Shown in pieces: positions 9,044 to 18,896 of a DNA stretch of 64,000 nt; positions within the stretch are counted from its first letter, which is position 1, and every line of letters starts with the position of its first letter. The stretch lies in the NCBI GenBank assembly GCA_039683415.1, contig JBDKRL010000006.1, positions 273,827 to 337,826 of the forward strand. Reading direction: 5' to 3'. Below the pieces are notes generated by a model that saw only the letters and a program-made list of their open reading frames with translations, did not search any database and had not been told where the DNA came from. This DNA comes from Clostridiaceae bacterium. GTDB taxonomy: Bacteria > Bacillota > Clostridia > Christensenellales > CAG-138. Both the position numbers and the translations under genes were made by a program.

Positions 9044-9133
9044 AACCATTCAAGGGTTTGGGTTGCCAAACCAGGCAAATGCCGGCGTTCGGGGCGGTGC
9101 TCCGAACAGCAGTCCCGTTCCGGAGGAAACATC

Positions 9134-9979
9134 ATGCGCGAACAAGCAAAAAACACGACCAGAACACTCACGACAGCGGGTGTACTCGCCGCGACGATCA
9201 TCCTATTGACGTCCGTTGTCTCCATTCCCATGCCGGGCGGATTCGGCTATATCAACCTGGGCGACGCGGGCGTGCTGCTTGCGGGTGCTCTGCTCGGCGG
9301 CGGATGGGGCGCGCTCTGCGCGGGGGTTGCTTCCGCACTTTCGGATGTGCTGCTCGGCTGGAGCATCTACGCGCCGGCAACATTCGTCATCAAAGGTCTG
9401 GTTGCGCTGCTTGCGGGCGTCGTATTCAACAAAACGCAAAAGAGCATCCGGTACGGGATTTTCTACCTCGCGGCGCTGATCGTCCCGCTTGGCTATTTCC
9501 TCTACGAAACGCTGCTTTACGGCATGGCAACGGCGGTGCCGAACGTTGCGTTCAACACGATTCAGTGCGTCATCGGCGCAACGGCAGGGCATGCCATCAC
9601 GGTCGTTTTGCTGCGCTCCAAGATGATGCTGCCGCATACCGCGCTGCGGTTCAACCGCACGAAGGCGGACGAGCCGGAAGTGCTCGAAACTTCCGCCCCC
9701 GCGCAGATCCTGCGCGAACCGAAAAACGGGCCGGATGTGGTGCTTGTCGCCGGGCGCGATCAGGCAGAGCTGATTACGAGGGCGGGCGATCTGCTCTCCG
9801 TGCGCGGATACACCGCCCGGCTTGTGGCGGTGGACGACGAGGATGGCTTTGCCCGTCTCACGGCGGAGCAGCGCGAACGGTTCCTGCCCGGCGAAAAACC
9901 CTACGTTCGGGCGGACAATACGGAAACGTCGGCGGAAGAAATCGCGCAGGCTGCGCTGGAAGCGATCCGCTCAAAGTAA
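9134..9979 (+). CDS. ECF transporter S-component (HmpT/PdxU2-like) with an extra soluble C-terminal domain
   Basis: GYINLGDAG...SALSD...YAPATFVIKGL S-component motifs; about 100-aa hydrophilic C-terminal extension. Confidence 0.85.
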   Translation: MREQAKNTTRTLTTAGVLAATIILLTSVVSIPMPGGFGYINLGDAGVLLAGALLGGGWGALCAGVASALSDVLLGWSIYAPATFVIKGLVALLAGVVFNKTQKSIRYGIFYLAALIVPLGYFLYETLLYGMATAVPNVAFNTIQCVIGATAGHAITVVLLRSKMMLPHTALRFNRTKADEPEVLETSAPAQILREPKNGPDVVLVAGRDQAELITRAGDLLSVRGYTARLVAVDDEDGFARLTAEQRERFLPGEKPYVRADNTETSAEEIAQAALEAIRSK

Positions 9980-10191
9980 GCAAGGCACGCTGGCTTTTTT
10001 ATGCGCCGCAATCCCGCGGGAAAGCAGCGTTATCAAACAGAGCATACACAAACTGGTAAAATCACAGGTAAATAAGAATATTTCGGACACAATTTCCCGC
10101 GGAATCGGTGTGTAATCGATCCCGCGGGATACTATATATAGCGGTAGACAAGTGCAATCTTGAACAATGTATTACAATATTTAGTTTGCTA

Positions 10192-10220
10192 TTGCAAAAC
10201 CGCCGCGGATTCCGTAAAAT
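10192..10220 (+). promoter_or_regulatory. SigA promoter
   Basis: TTGCAA-N17-TAAAAT. Confidence 0.65.
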
Positions 10221-10239
10221 TTGAAATCGGGAGACCGCT

Positions 10240-11418
10240 ATGAACTTGAAAGATATTCGACGGTTTTACAAAAAAACAAAACATAAATTCGTGTTGTGGC
10301 TGAAACGATTTTTGCGCTCGATTTACTATATGGGTAAAACGACGTGCATCTTCATCGCGTGTGCCACTTTATTTACGATTGTCGGCATCATCGTCATCGT
10401 CTCCGTATCCGGCGCGCGGCGCAGCAAGGCCGCGGCCATGGCGGAAGTCGAAGCGCTGGCAACGCCTGCGCCAACCGTTTTTGTTTCCATCACACCGGAA
10501 CCTACGCCCAGCCCGACGGAAGAAATCCGGATTGAAAAAGGTGCGGAAGGCGAGGATGTGCTCGCACTGCAAAAGCGGCTCATGGAGCTCGGGTATCTCG
10601 CCATCGACGAACCGACGAGCTATTTCGGCAATGCCACGAAGGCGGCCGTCAAGCTCTTCCAGCGCCAGCACGATCTCCAGCAGGACGGCATCTGCGGCGA
10701 AGAAACCATCAACCTGATCTACGCCGAGGACGCAAAGCCTTACGTCATGCTCGAAGGGGCGGAGGGGGACGATATTGAATCCTTCCAGGAACAGCTTGTC
10801 GAACTCGGTTATCTGGACGACGATCAGGTGACAGGCTATTACGGCACGGACACCGTCAGCGCGGTCAAGAAGTTCCAGCACCGCAATTATCTGGGCGAGG
10901 ATGGCAAAGCGGGTGAAAAGACGCTGGAAGCCGTCAACTCGGCGGACGCGCGCGTTTCCTACACCAAGGAGCAGGAGATCATTGCCGAAAAGAAGAAACA
11001 GGCGGCGCTTGCGCGCGCTTCCTCGTCGGAAGGCCGCATCGACAAGCTGATTTCCATTGCGAAAAAGCAGCTGGGAGACACCTATATCCTTGGCAAGAGC
11101 GGGCCGGACACCTTCGACTGCTCCGGGCTTGTGTACTACTGCCTGCGTCAGGTCAACGTTTATACGCGCCGGCTCAACGCGGCGGGTCTTTCCAAGACCA
11201 CGAGCTGGACGAAGGTATCGGATATCGACGATGTGCAGCGCGGGGACCTGCTGTTCTTTAAGTCGGACGACAGCAGCACGGTCGGCCATGTTGGCATCTA
11301 TATCGGCGGCGGCGAGATGATAGACGCTTCTTCCGCCAACGGCAAGGTCGTGCGCAGAAGCGCAAAGAGCTCCTACTGGCGCAGGAACTTCGTCGTAGCC
11401 AGAAGGCCGATCGAGTAG
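10240..11418 (+). CDS. Membrane-anchored peptidoglycan endopeptidase (2x PG_binding_1 + NlpC/P60)
   Basis: TM, Pro/Thr linker, two LQKRLxELGY...AVKxFQ repeats, FDCSGLV and GHVGIYIG. Confidence 0.92.
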   Translation: MNLKDIRRFYKKTKHKFVLWLKRFLRSIYYMGKTTCIFIACATLFTIVGIIVIVSVSGARRSKAAAMAEVEALATPAPTVFVSITPEPTPSPTEEIRIEKGAEGEDVLALQKRLMELGYLAIDEPTSYFGNATKAAVKLFQRQHDLQQDGICGEETINLIYAEDAKPYVMLEGAEGDDIESFQEQLVELGYLDDDQVTGYYGTDTVSAVKKFQHRNYLGEDGKAGEKTLEAVNSADARVSYTKEQEIIAEKKKQAALARASSSEGRIDKLISIAKKQLGDTYILGKSGPDTFDCSGLVYYCLRQVNVYTRRLNAAGLSKTTSWTKVSDIDDVQRGDLLFFKSDDSSTVGHVGIYIGGGEMIDASSANGKVVRRSAKSSYWRRNFVVARRPIE

Positions 11419-11497
11419 TCTCATATAAACAGCGGCAGCGCGATTCAGCGTTTCAGCTTTTTATTAGGAGAAGGCCGATCGAATAGCAAACGGATAT

Positions 11498-11530
11498 AAA
11501 ACGGCGGTGCGGCAGCGCACCGCCGTTTTT
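11498..11530 (+). terminator. Intrinsic terminator
   Basis: AAAACGGCGGTGCG-gcag-CGCACCGCCGTTTTT. Confidence 0.85.
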
Positions 11531-11557
11531 GTTTGTCGGCCCGAGCGTTTGTCCTTC

Positions 11558-11586
11558 TTGCAAACAGCGCGTCGATACAGTATGAT
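11558..11586 (+). promoter_or_regulatory. SigA promoter of lepA
   Basis: TTGCAA-N17-TATGAT. Confidence 0.6.
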
Positions 11587-11663
11587 TGATCCCGTGATTG
11601 GGATCGCTTTTTTTACGTTACGCTTGAATTCAACACGAATTTAGATTACTGCGAGGGACCTCT

Positions 11664-13466
11664 ATGGCATACCCGAATGAATTGATACGAAACTTCTCCA
11701 TCATTGCGCATATCGACCACGGCAAATCGACGTTGGCCGACCGCATGATGCAGCTCACCGATACCGTAGCTGAACGGGACATGACCGAGCAGATGCTTGA
11801 CTCCATGGATATCGAGCGCGAGCGCGGCATCACCATCAAGTCGTCCGCCGTGCGCATGTTTTACCGGCATACGGACGGCAAGCGCTACATGTTCAACCTC
11901 ATCGACACGCCAGGCCACGTGGACTTTAACTACGAGGTCAGCCGGGCGTTAGCCGCGTGCGAAGGCGCGGTGCTGGTTGTTGACGCAACCCAGGGCATTG
12001 AAGCGCAGACGCTGGCAAACGTCTATCTCGCCGTGGACAACGGCCTTGCAGTAGTTCCTGTGATCAACAAAATCGACCTGCCGAGCGCGGAGCCGGAGCG
12101 CACCGCGCAGGAAATTGAGGACGTCATCGGCATAGAAGCCAAGACCGCCCCGATGATTTCCGCAAAGAACGGCACCAATGTCGACAAAGTGCTTGCCGCC
12201 GTGGTCGATCTGGTTCCGCCGCCCACTGGGGAAGCGGACAAGCCTCTCACCGCGTTGGTGTTCGACTGCATCTACGATAACTACAAAGGCGCGCTCTCGT
12301 ATGTCCGCGTGTTCGACGGAACGGTAAAGGCGGGCATGCGCATCCGCTCCATGGCAACCGGGCACGAGTTCGACGTCACCGAAGTGGGCGTGTTTACCCC
12401 CGCGCCGAAGCCGGAGGAAGAGCTCACGGCGGGCGAGGTAGGGTATATCGCGGCCTCGATCAAGAGCGTTGCCGAAACCAAGGTGGGAGATACGATCACC
12501 TCCGCCGAAAACCCCGCCACAAAGCCCCTGCCGGGTTATAAACAGGTCAACCCCATGGTGTTCTGCGGCATCTATCCCGCGGACGGCGCGCATTACGACG
12601 ACCTCAGGGACGCGCTCGAAAAGCTCAAGCTCAACGACGCTTCGCTTTCCTACGAGCAGGAATCCTCCCTCGCGTTGGGCTACGGCTTCCGCTGCGGCTT
12701 TCTGGGACTGCTGCACATGGAGATTATTCAGGAGCGGCTGGAGCGGGAATTCGACCTCGATTTGGTCACCACCGCGCCGAGCGTTATCTACAAGGTAATC
12801 ACATTTTCCGGCGAAGAGCGCATGATCGACAACCCCACGAACCTTCCGCCGGTGACCGAGATCGACTGGGTCGAAGAACCGGTCGTCAACGCTACCATCA
12901 TGACCCCAGCGGAGTACGTCGGCTCCATTATGGAGATCTGCCAGGAGCGGCGCGGCATATTCGTGGACATGAACTACATTGAAGAAACCCGCGCGAGCAT
13001 TCACTACCTGCTCCCGCTCAACGAGATTATCTACGACTTTTTTGACCAGCTCAAGTCAAGGAGCAGAGGATACGCGTCGTTCGACTACGAACTGCGCGGC
13101 TACCAAAAGAGCGAACTGGTCAAGCTCGACTTTCTGCTCAACGGCGAATGCTGCGACGCACTTTCGACCATCGTCCACAAGGACCGCGCCTATAACAAAG
13201 CGCGCGCGGTTGCCGAGCGCCTCCGGGACGTGATCCCTCGCCAGCAGTTTGAAATACCGATTCAGGCCGCTATCGGCGGCAAGATCATTGCGCGCGAAAC
13301 CGTCAAGGCCGTCCGCAAGGACGTGCTTGCAAAGTGCTACGGCGGCGACATCACCCGCAAAAAGAAACTGCTCGAAAAACAGAAGGAAGGCAAGAAGCGC
13401 ATGCGTCAGGTCGGTACCGTTGAGCTGCCGAGCGAAGCGTTCATGAGCGTTCTGCGGATCAACTAG
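11664..13466 (+). CDS. lepA: Elongation factor 4 (LepA)
   Basis: [43 protein letters not shown]. Confidence 0.98.
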   Translation: MAYPNELIRNFSIIAHIDHGKSTLADRMMQLTDTVAERDMTEQMLDSMDIERERGITIKSSAVRMFYRHTDGKRYMFNLIDTPGHVDFNYEVSRALAACEGAVLVVDATQGIEAQTLANVYLAVDNGLAVVPVINKIDLPSAEPERTAQEIEDVIGIEAKTAPMISAKNGTNVDKVLAAVVDLVPPPTGEADKPLTALVFDCIYDNYKGALSYVRVFDGTVKAGMRIRSMATGHEFDVTEVGVFTPAPKPEEELTAGEVGYIAASIKSVAETKVGDTITSAENPATKPLPGYKQVNPMVFCGIYPADGAHYDDLRDALEKLKLNDASLSYEQESSLALGYGFRCGFLGLLHMEIIQERLEREFDLDLVTTAPSVIYKVITFSGEERMIDNPTNLPPVTEIDWVEEPVVNATIMTPAEYVGSIMEICQERRGIFVDMNYIEETRASIHYLLPLNEIIYDFFDQLKSRSRGYASFDYELRGYQKSELVKLDFLLNGECCDALSTIVHKDRAYNKARAVAERLRDVIPRQQFEIPIQAAIGGKIIARETVKAVRKDVLAKCYGGDITRKKKLLEKQKEGKKRMRQVGTVELPSEAFMSVLRIN

Positions 13467-13469
13467 ACG

Positions 13470-14606
13470 ATGGCGGGCTTGTATCTGCATATTCCATATT
13501 GCGTCAAAAAGTGCGACTACTGCGACTTCGTTTCGTTTCCCTGCGACTGCGCGCCGGAGGAATATGCGGAGGCGCTGATTCGCGAACTTAATCTCACCGC
13601 CGAAACGGGCATGTACCAAGGCGGGTTCCAAACGGTCTTCTTTGGCGGGGGCACGCCTTCGCTGCTCAGCGGCGAGCAGATGAAAAGAATCCTGAACGCC
13701 GCACGGGAGCATTTTTACATCGCGCCCGACGCGGAGTGCTCCATGGAGTGCAACCCCGGAACGGTGACCTCGGAAAAACTTGCCGGGTATAAAAAAGCGG
13801 GAATCAACCGCCTCTCCATCGGCCTGCAGGCGGCGCAGGATTCGCTTCTAGCCGCCATCGGACGCATTCATACGTATGCGCAGTTTACGCATACGCTGCA
13901 GCTTGCAAGGGACGCGGGCTTTGCCAACATCGGCGTGGACGTCATGCACGGCCTGCCGGGGCAAAGCAAGCGGGACTATCTGGAGACGCTCCGCGCCGTC
14001 TGCGACCTGAAGGTGCAGCATATTTCGTCCTACGCGCTGACGCTTGGCGAGGATACGCCGCTCTATCTGCGCGTCCAGTCAGGCGAAACCGTGCTGCCGG
14101 ACGAGGACGACGTTGCGGACATGCAGGACGCGGGCATCGACTACCTCGAAAGCCACGGATATCATCGCTACGAAATCAGCAATTTCGCGCAGGAAGGGTT
14201 CGAGTGCCGACACAACCTGAACTACTGGCTAAACGGCGAATACGCGGGCCTTGGCGTTGCCGCGCATTCGGCGGTGCGGCTCAAGGAATGGACGCGGTAT
14301 TCCAACGAGGAAACGCTCAAAGACTATTTCCGCCAGATCGAACGCGGCAGACGCCCCGTACGGGAAGTGATTCGATTGTATCCCGCGGACGAGATGTTTG
14401 AGTGCGTCATGCTGGGGCTCAGGCTGACGCGCGGGGTCGACCGGGCGGCGTTTTGCGCGCGCTTTGGCAGCGACATGGCGGAGGCGTATCCGGAAGCGAT
14501 GGAACGGCTCAGAAAGCGCGGCTGGGTCGAAGAAACGCAAGCGTATATCGCGCTCAACCGGCGCGGGCTCGACCTGCAGAACGAGGCGCTGGACTTTTTC
14601 TTTTAA
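13470..14606 (+). CDS. hemW: Radical SAM heme chaperone HemW
   Basis: LYLHIPYCxxKCxYCDF, GGGTPS, YEISNFA, HNLNYW; located between lepA and hrcA. Confidence 0.92.
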   Translation: MAGLYLHIPYCVKKCDYCDFVSFPCDCAPEEYAEALIRELNLTAETGMYQGGFQTVFFGGGTPSLLSGEQMKRILNAAREHFYIAPDAECSMECNPGTVTSEKLAGYKKAGINRLSIGLQAAQDSLLAAIGRIHTYAQFTHTLQLARDAGFANIGVDVMHGLPGQSKRDYLETLRAVCDLKVQHISSYALTLGEDTPLYLRVQSGETVLPDEDDVADMQDAGIDYLESHGYHRYEISNFAQEGFECRHNLNYWLNGEYAGLGVAAHSAVRLKEWTRYSNEETLKDYFRQIERGRRPVREVIRLYPADEMFECVMLGLRLTRGVDRAAFCARFGSDMAEAYPEAMERLRKRGWVEETQAYIALNRRGLDLQNEALDFFF

Positions 14607-14775
14607 CGGATTTCGGGTTATTTTCAACGCGGTTCAGGAGCTTTTTGGCAGCGTTTTGACGCTTGCGTTTTCTCGGAAAACAGGTCGGAAACCGCCCGTT
14701 TTCACGCCGAAATCCTGCGAAAAAACGCCATGACCTGAATTCACTGGAATGTCACATTTTTGATACAGCACTTAC

Positions 14776-14804
14776 TTGACATAAAGTCTTGCAGGTGCTA
14801 AATT
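14776..14804 (+). promoter_or_regulatory. SigA promoter of the hrcA operon
   Basis: TTGACA-N17-TAAATT with an extended TG. Confidence 0.7.
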
Positions 14805-14815
14805 TTTGGCATGGG

Positions 14816-14842
14816 TTAGCACTCGACGAAATAGAGTGCTAA
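14816..14842. promoter_or_regulatory. CIRCE element (HrcA operator)
   Basis: Perfect TTAGCACTC-N9-GAGTGCTAA. Confidence 0.98.
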
Positions 14843-14898
14843 TATTATGAAAACGCTCGTATTGCGTTTACAGCACCTTAACAGCGTGAGAAAAATTT

Positions 14899-14966
14899 CG
14901 CAAACGGAAGCGTCTGCAAACGGAAACATCCGCAAACGGATGCGTACGCAAACGGAAGCGATCGCA
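14899..14966. repeat. 16-bp tandem repeat x4 in the hrcA leader
   Basis: CGCAAACGGAAGCGTC / TGCAAACGGAAACATC / CGCAAACGGATGCGTA / CGCAAACGGAAGCGAT. Confidence 0.92.
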
Positions 14967-14997
14967 TAAACAATAGACCGGAAAGGGGGCGGCGGAA

Positions 14998-16026
14998 ATG
15001 GATCTCGACGCAAGAAAGCTCGGCATCTTAAAAGCGATTATCGACGAGTATATCCTCTCCGCGTCGCCGGTCGGTTCCCGCGCCATCAGCAAGCAGGACG
15101 GATTTAACCTCTCCAGCGCGACCATCCGCAACGAAATGGCGGATCTTGAGGAACTGGGTTATCTCGAACAGCCGCATACCTCCGCGGGCCGCATCCCTTC
15201 GGACAAGGCATACCGCCTGTACGTGGATCAAATGATGCAGAAAGCCTCGCTGACGGACGACGAAATCAAGCTCATCCGCGCGCACCTGACGGCCAAACTC
15301 GACGAGGTCGAAACGGTCATGAAGCAGACCGCGCAGGCGCTCTCGGCGGTAACGCACTACACGGCGATGATCATGCCGCCCATGCTCGCGGCAAACCGCT
15401 TACGGCATATTCAGCTCGTTCCGCTCCGCGAGGGGCGCGCGCTGATGATCGTCGTCACGACGGCGGGGTTTGCGCGGGAAGCGGTCATCCGCGTGCCGGA
15501 GGAGATCAACACCATCGAACTGGAGCGCATTTCCCGCGTGCTCACGGAACGGTTCCGCGACTGCCGCATGGATCAGCTCGGCGAGCGGATTATGCAGGAT
15601 ATGGGCGGAGAACTCTTTGAGCGAAGGACGTTTCTCAACACCATGGTGGAAGCCATCGAGCACAAAATCGAGCCGGACGCGCCGAACGTTCAGCTCTCGG
15701 GCGCTACGAACATGCTCCACTTTCCGGAGTACAGCGACGTTAATAAAGCAAAGATGTTTTTAGCTGCGGTGGAAGGGAAAGGCACCCTTTACGAGCTGCT
15801 CAAACGCGCGAGCAGGCTGGAGTTTTCCATCACCATCGGCGGCGAAAACGAAAATGATATGCTCAAGGACTGCAGCGTTGTCACCGCAACGTACCAAATC
15901 GGCGAGGAGCCGCTCGGGTCGTTCGGCATCATCGGACCCACGCGGATGCATTACGGAAAAGTACTTTCGGTGCTCGAATTCATGAGCAGATGCCTTTCCG
16001 AAATGTTGACCGACGACGACGAGTAA
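14998..16026 (+). CDS. hrcA: Heat-inducible repressor HrcA
   Basis: PVGSR, SSATIRNEMADLE, PHTSAGRIPS, IGPTRM. Confidence 0.97.
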   Translation: MDLDARKLGILKAIIDEYILSASPVGSRAISKQDGFNLSSATIRNEMADLEELGYLEQPHTSAGRIPSDKAYRLYVDQMMQKASLTDDEIKLIRAHLTAKLDEVETVMKQTAQALSAVTHYTAMIMPPMLAANRLRHIQLVPLREGRALMIVVTTAGFAREAVIRVPEEINTIELERISRVLTERFRDCRMDQLGERIMQDMGGELFERRTFLNTMVEAIEHKIEPDAPNVQLSGATNMLHFPEYSDVNKAKMFLAAVEGKGTLYELLKRASRLEFSITIGGENENDMLKDCSVVTATYQIGEEPLGSFGIIGPTRMHYGKVLSVLEFMSRCLSEMLTDDDE

Positions 16027-16091
16027 TCCGCCGCAAGGCAAAATAATTTGTTGATAACAGGTATAACGAGCAGGAACAGGAGAAAGAACCA

Positions 16092-16715
16092 TTGACTAAA
16101 AAGAACGAACCAATCAATCCGGCGGCCGAAGAAAAGCCGACCACGGCTGCCGAAGCAGAAAACACCACGGCGGATGAAACCGTCACCGGCGAACCCGTAT
16201 CCGGCAAGGCGGAAGCTTCCGACGCAGGCGAGGACGTCTACACCCTGACTGCGGAAGAGTTCGCGGCGGCAAAGGCGCATATCGAGTCGCTCCAGAAGGA
16301 GAAGGACGATACCGTGCAGCTGCTGCAACGGATTCAGGCGGACTTCGACAACTTCCGCAGGCGCAACGCCAGCATCCGGCTGGACAGCTACGAAGAGGGC
16401 AAACGGGACACCATTAAGGAACTGCTGCCCGCGCTGGACAGCTTTGACCGCGCCATCGCCAGCGCCGCGATCAGCTGCGACAAAGCGCTGCTCGAAGGCA
16501 TCCTGCTGGTACAGCGGCAGTTGCTCGACTCCCTGCAAAAGCTGGGGCTCGAAGAAGTGGAAGCAACCGGCCAGTTCGACCCGAACAAGCACGAGGCAAT
16601 TCTGCGCGAAAAGGCGAAAGGAAAGCCAAGCGGGGAAATTCTGGACGTGCTGCAAAAAGGGTACCGCGTCGGCGAGAAAGTACTGCGACACAGCATGGTA
16701 AAAGTCGCGGAATGA
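16092..16715 (+). CDS. grpE: Nucleotide exchange factor GrpE
   Basis: ADFDNFRRR, FDPNKHEA, QKGY...LRHSMVKV; TTG start. Confidence 0.96.
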   Translation: MTKKNEPINPAAEEKPTTAAEAENTTADETVTGEPVSGKAEASDAGEDVYTLTAEEFAAAKAHIESLQKEKDDTVQLLQRIQADFDNFRRRNASIRLDSYEEGKRDTIKELLPALDSFDRAIASAAISCDKALLEGILLVQRQLLDSLQKLGLEEVEATGQFDPNKHEAILREKAKGKPSGEILDVLQKGYRVGEKVLRHSMVKVAE

Positions 16716-16836
16716 CGTATTAAGACTTAAAAACTGCACTGCGACACAGCATGGTAAAAGTCGCGGAATAACGAGAGCAAAACTCGTTTGAGCGAATAAC
16801 GTTCCGCGGCACAGCGTGATCAAGGCAGCGGAATAA
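16682..16836 (+). repeat. Triplicated grpE 3' end
   Basis: 36-bp copies at 16682 and 16738 (35/36 identical); decayed third copy at about 16806-16836. Confidence 0.93.
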
Positions 16837-16896
16837 GAACTACGTAGATCATAAAATTCATATAGATTAAAAAGAACAGTTGGAGGATTATCATTT

Positions 16897-18747
16897 ATGG
16901 GCAAAATCATTGGCATCGACCTTGGCACGACCAATTCCTGCGTCGCTTTCCTCGAAGGCGGCGAACCGGTCGTCATTCCCAATTCCGAAGGCGCGCGCAC
17001 CACGCCTTCCGTGGTTGCGTTTAAGGACGGCGAGCGCATGGTAGGCAACATCGCAAAGCGCCAGGCAATCACGAATCCCGACCGTACGATCGCTTCGATC
17101 AAACGGGACATGGGCAGTGCCCGCAAAGTCCGCATTGAAGGCAAGGATTATACGCCGCAGGAAATTTCGGCCATGATCCTGCAAAAGCTCAAGCAGGACG
17201 CGGAAGCTTATCTCGGATCCACCATCACGCAGGCCGTCATCACCGTACCGGCATACTTTACGGACGCGCAGCGCCAGGCCACCAAGGACGCGGGACGCAT
17301 CGCGGGTCTGGAAGTGCTCCGCATCATCAACGAGCCGACGGCGGCGGCGCTGGCCTACGGCATGGACAAAGAAAACAACCAGAAGATTCTGGTGTACGAT
17401 CTTGGCGGCGGCACGTTCGACGTTTCCATTCTGGAAATCGGCGACGGCGTGTTTCAGGTTCTCGCCACGGCGGGCAACAACCGTCTCGGCGGCGACGACT
17501 TTGACCAGCTGATCATGGACTACATCGCGGACGATTTCAGACGCAGCAGCGGCATCGACCTGCGGCAGGACAAGATGGCGCTTCAGCGCCTCAAGGAAGC
17601 GGCGGAGAAAGCGAAAATCGAGCTTTCCGGCGTTGCGCAGACAACGATCAACCTGCCGTTTATCACCATGGATAAATCCGGCCCCAAGCACCTGGACATC
17701 ACGATTACGCGCGCCAAGTTCAATGAGCTGATCAACGACCTCGTCGAGCAGACCAAGACGCTGGTGCAGAAGTGCCTGAGCGACTCGGGACTCTCCGCTT
17801 CTCAGGTGGATAAAGTCATCCTCGTCGGCGGTTCGTCGCGTATTCCGGTCGTGCAGGACATGGTTAAAAAGATCACCGGCAAAGAACCGTTCAAAGGCAT
17901 CAACCCGGACGAGTGTGTCGCCATCGGCGCGGCCATTCAGGGCGGCGTGCTCGGCGGCGAAGTCAAGGACATCCTGCTGCTGGACGTGACCCCTCTTTCG
18001 CTCGGCATCGAGACCGTCGGCGGCGTGTTTACGCGTCTCATCGAGCGCAACACCACCATCCCGACCAAGAAGAGCCAAATCTTCTCGACCGCGGCGGACG
18101 GGCAGACCAGCGTGGAAGTCCACGTTCTGCAGGGCGAGCGCGAAATGGCGCAGTATAATAAAACCCTCGGCAAGTTCCAGCTCACGGGCATTGCGCCCGC
18201 GCCGCGCGGCATGCCGCAGATCGAAGTTTCGTTCGATATAGACGCAAACGGCATCGTGCACGTTTCCGCCAAGGACCTTGGCACGGGCAACGAGCAGCAG
18301 GTGACGATTACCTCTTCGACGAACCTCAACGAAGAAGAGATCAAGCGCGCGGTGACCGACGCTGAGAAGTTTGCCGGCGAGGACAAGAAGCGCAAGGAAG
18401 AAGTCGAAACCCGCAACCATGCCGACCAGCTCATCTATACCACCGAGCGTTCGCTCAAGGAGATGGGCGATAAGATCGACGCTTCCGGCAAGGAAGAGAT
18501 CGAAAAAGCGATTGCCGACCTCAAAAAGACGATCGAAAGCGGAGACGTCGGCCTCATCAAGACCGCCAGCGAACACCTGACCGAAGTGAGTTACCGCGTG
18601 TTCGGCAAGGTTTACGAACAGGCAGCGCAGCAGCAGCAGGCGGCGGGCGGCTCTCAGGACGGCGGCGCACAGGGCGGCGCGCAGGACGGCGGCGCAAAGG
18701 ACGACGTAGTCGATGCGGACTACGAGGTTGTGGACGACAACAAATAA
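16897..18747 (+). CDS. dnaK: Chaperone DnaK
   Basis: [26 protein letters not shown]. Confidence 0.99.
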   Translation: MGKIIGIDLGTTNSCVAFLEGGEPVVIPNSEGARTTPSVVAFKDGERMVGNIAKRQAITNPDRTIASIKRDMGSARKVRIEGKDYTPQEISAMILQKLKQDAEAYLGSTITQAVITVPAYFTDAQRQATKDAGRIAGLEVLRIINEPTAAALAYGMDKENNQKILVYDLGGGTFDVSILEIGDGVFQVLATAGNNRLGGDDFDQLIMDYIADDFRRSSGIDLRQDKMALQRLKEAAEKAKIELSGVAQTTINLPFITMDKSGPKHLDITITRAKFNELINDLVEQTKTLVQKCLSDSGLSASQVDKVILVGGSSRIPVVQDMVKKITGKEPFKGINPDECVAIGAAIQGGVLGGEVKDILLLDVTPLSLGIETVGGVFTRLIERNTTIPTKKSQIFSTAADGQTSVEVHVLQGEREMAQYNKTLGKFQLTGIAPAPRGMPQIEVSFDIDANGIVHVSAKDLGTGNEQQVTITSSTNLNEEEIKRAVTDAEKFAGEDKKRKEEVETRNHADQLIYTTERSLKEMGDKIDASGKEEIEKAIADLKKTIESGDVGLIKTASEHLTEVSYRVFGKVYEQAAQQQQAAGGSQDGGAQGGAQDGGAKDDVVDADYEVVDDNK

Positions 18748-18896
18748 TCTGTTATACTATCGGAGGGGGTGCGAAAGCGCGGCTTTCGCTCCTCTGTAAA
18801 AAATAAGCAACGCCGGTAATAACGGCGCAAATAGAAAACGAAGGAAATAAGGAGGCGCACACTTTGATGCGCCTCCTTATCGAGAGGTAAGGGGCA

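Noticed and set aside
9050-9133. Canonical TPP or SAH riboswitch call
   Set aside because: TPP UGAGA and CUGAU and SAH GAGGAGCG cores are missing; kept only as an unassigned structured leader.
16891-18576. 561-aa antisense ORF opposite dnaK, and similar long shadow ORFs opposite recN, ahcY, lepA, xseA and mutS2
   Set aside because: Expected from GC-rich codon bias opposite conserved genes; no motifs or RBS support.
18625-18700. CAG run and repeated GGCGGCGCxCAGGAC in the dnaK tail
   Set aside because: Low-complexity Gln/Gly-rich DnaK C-termini are ordinary.
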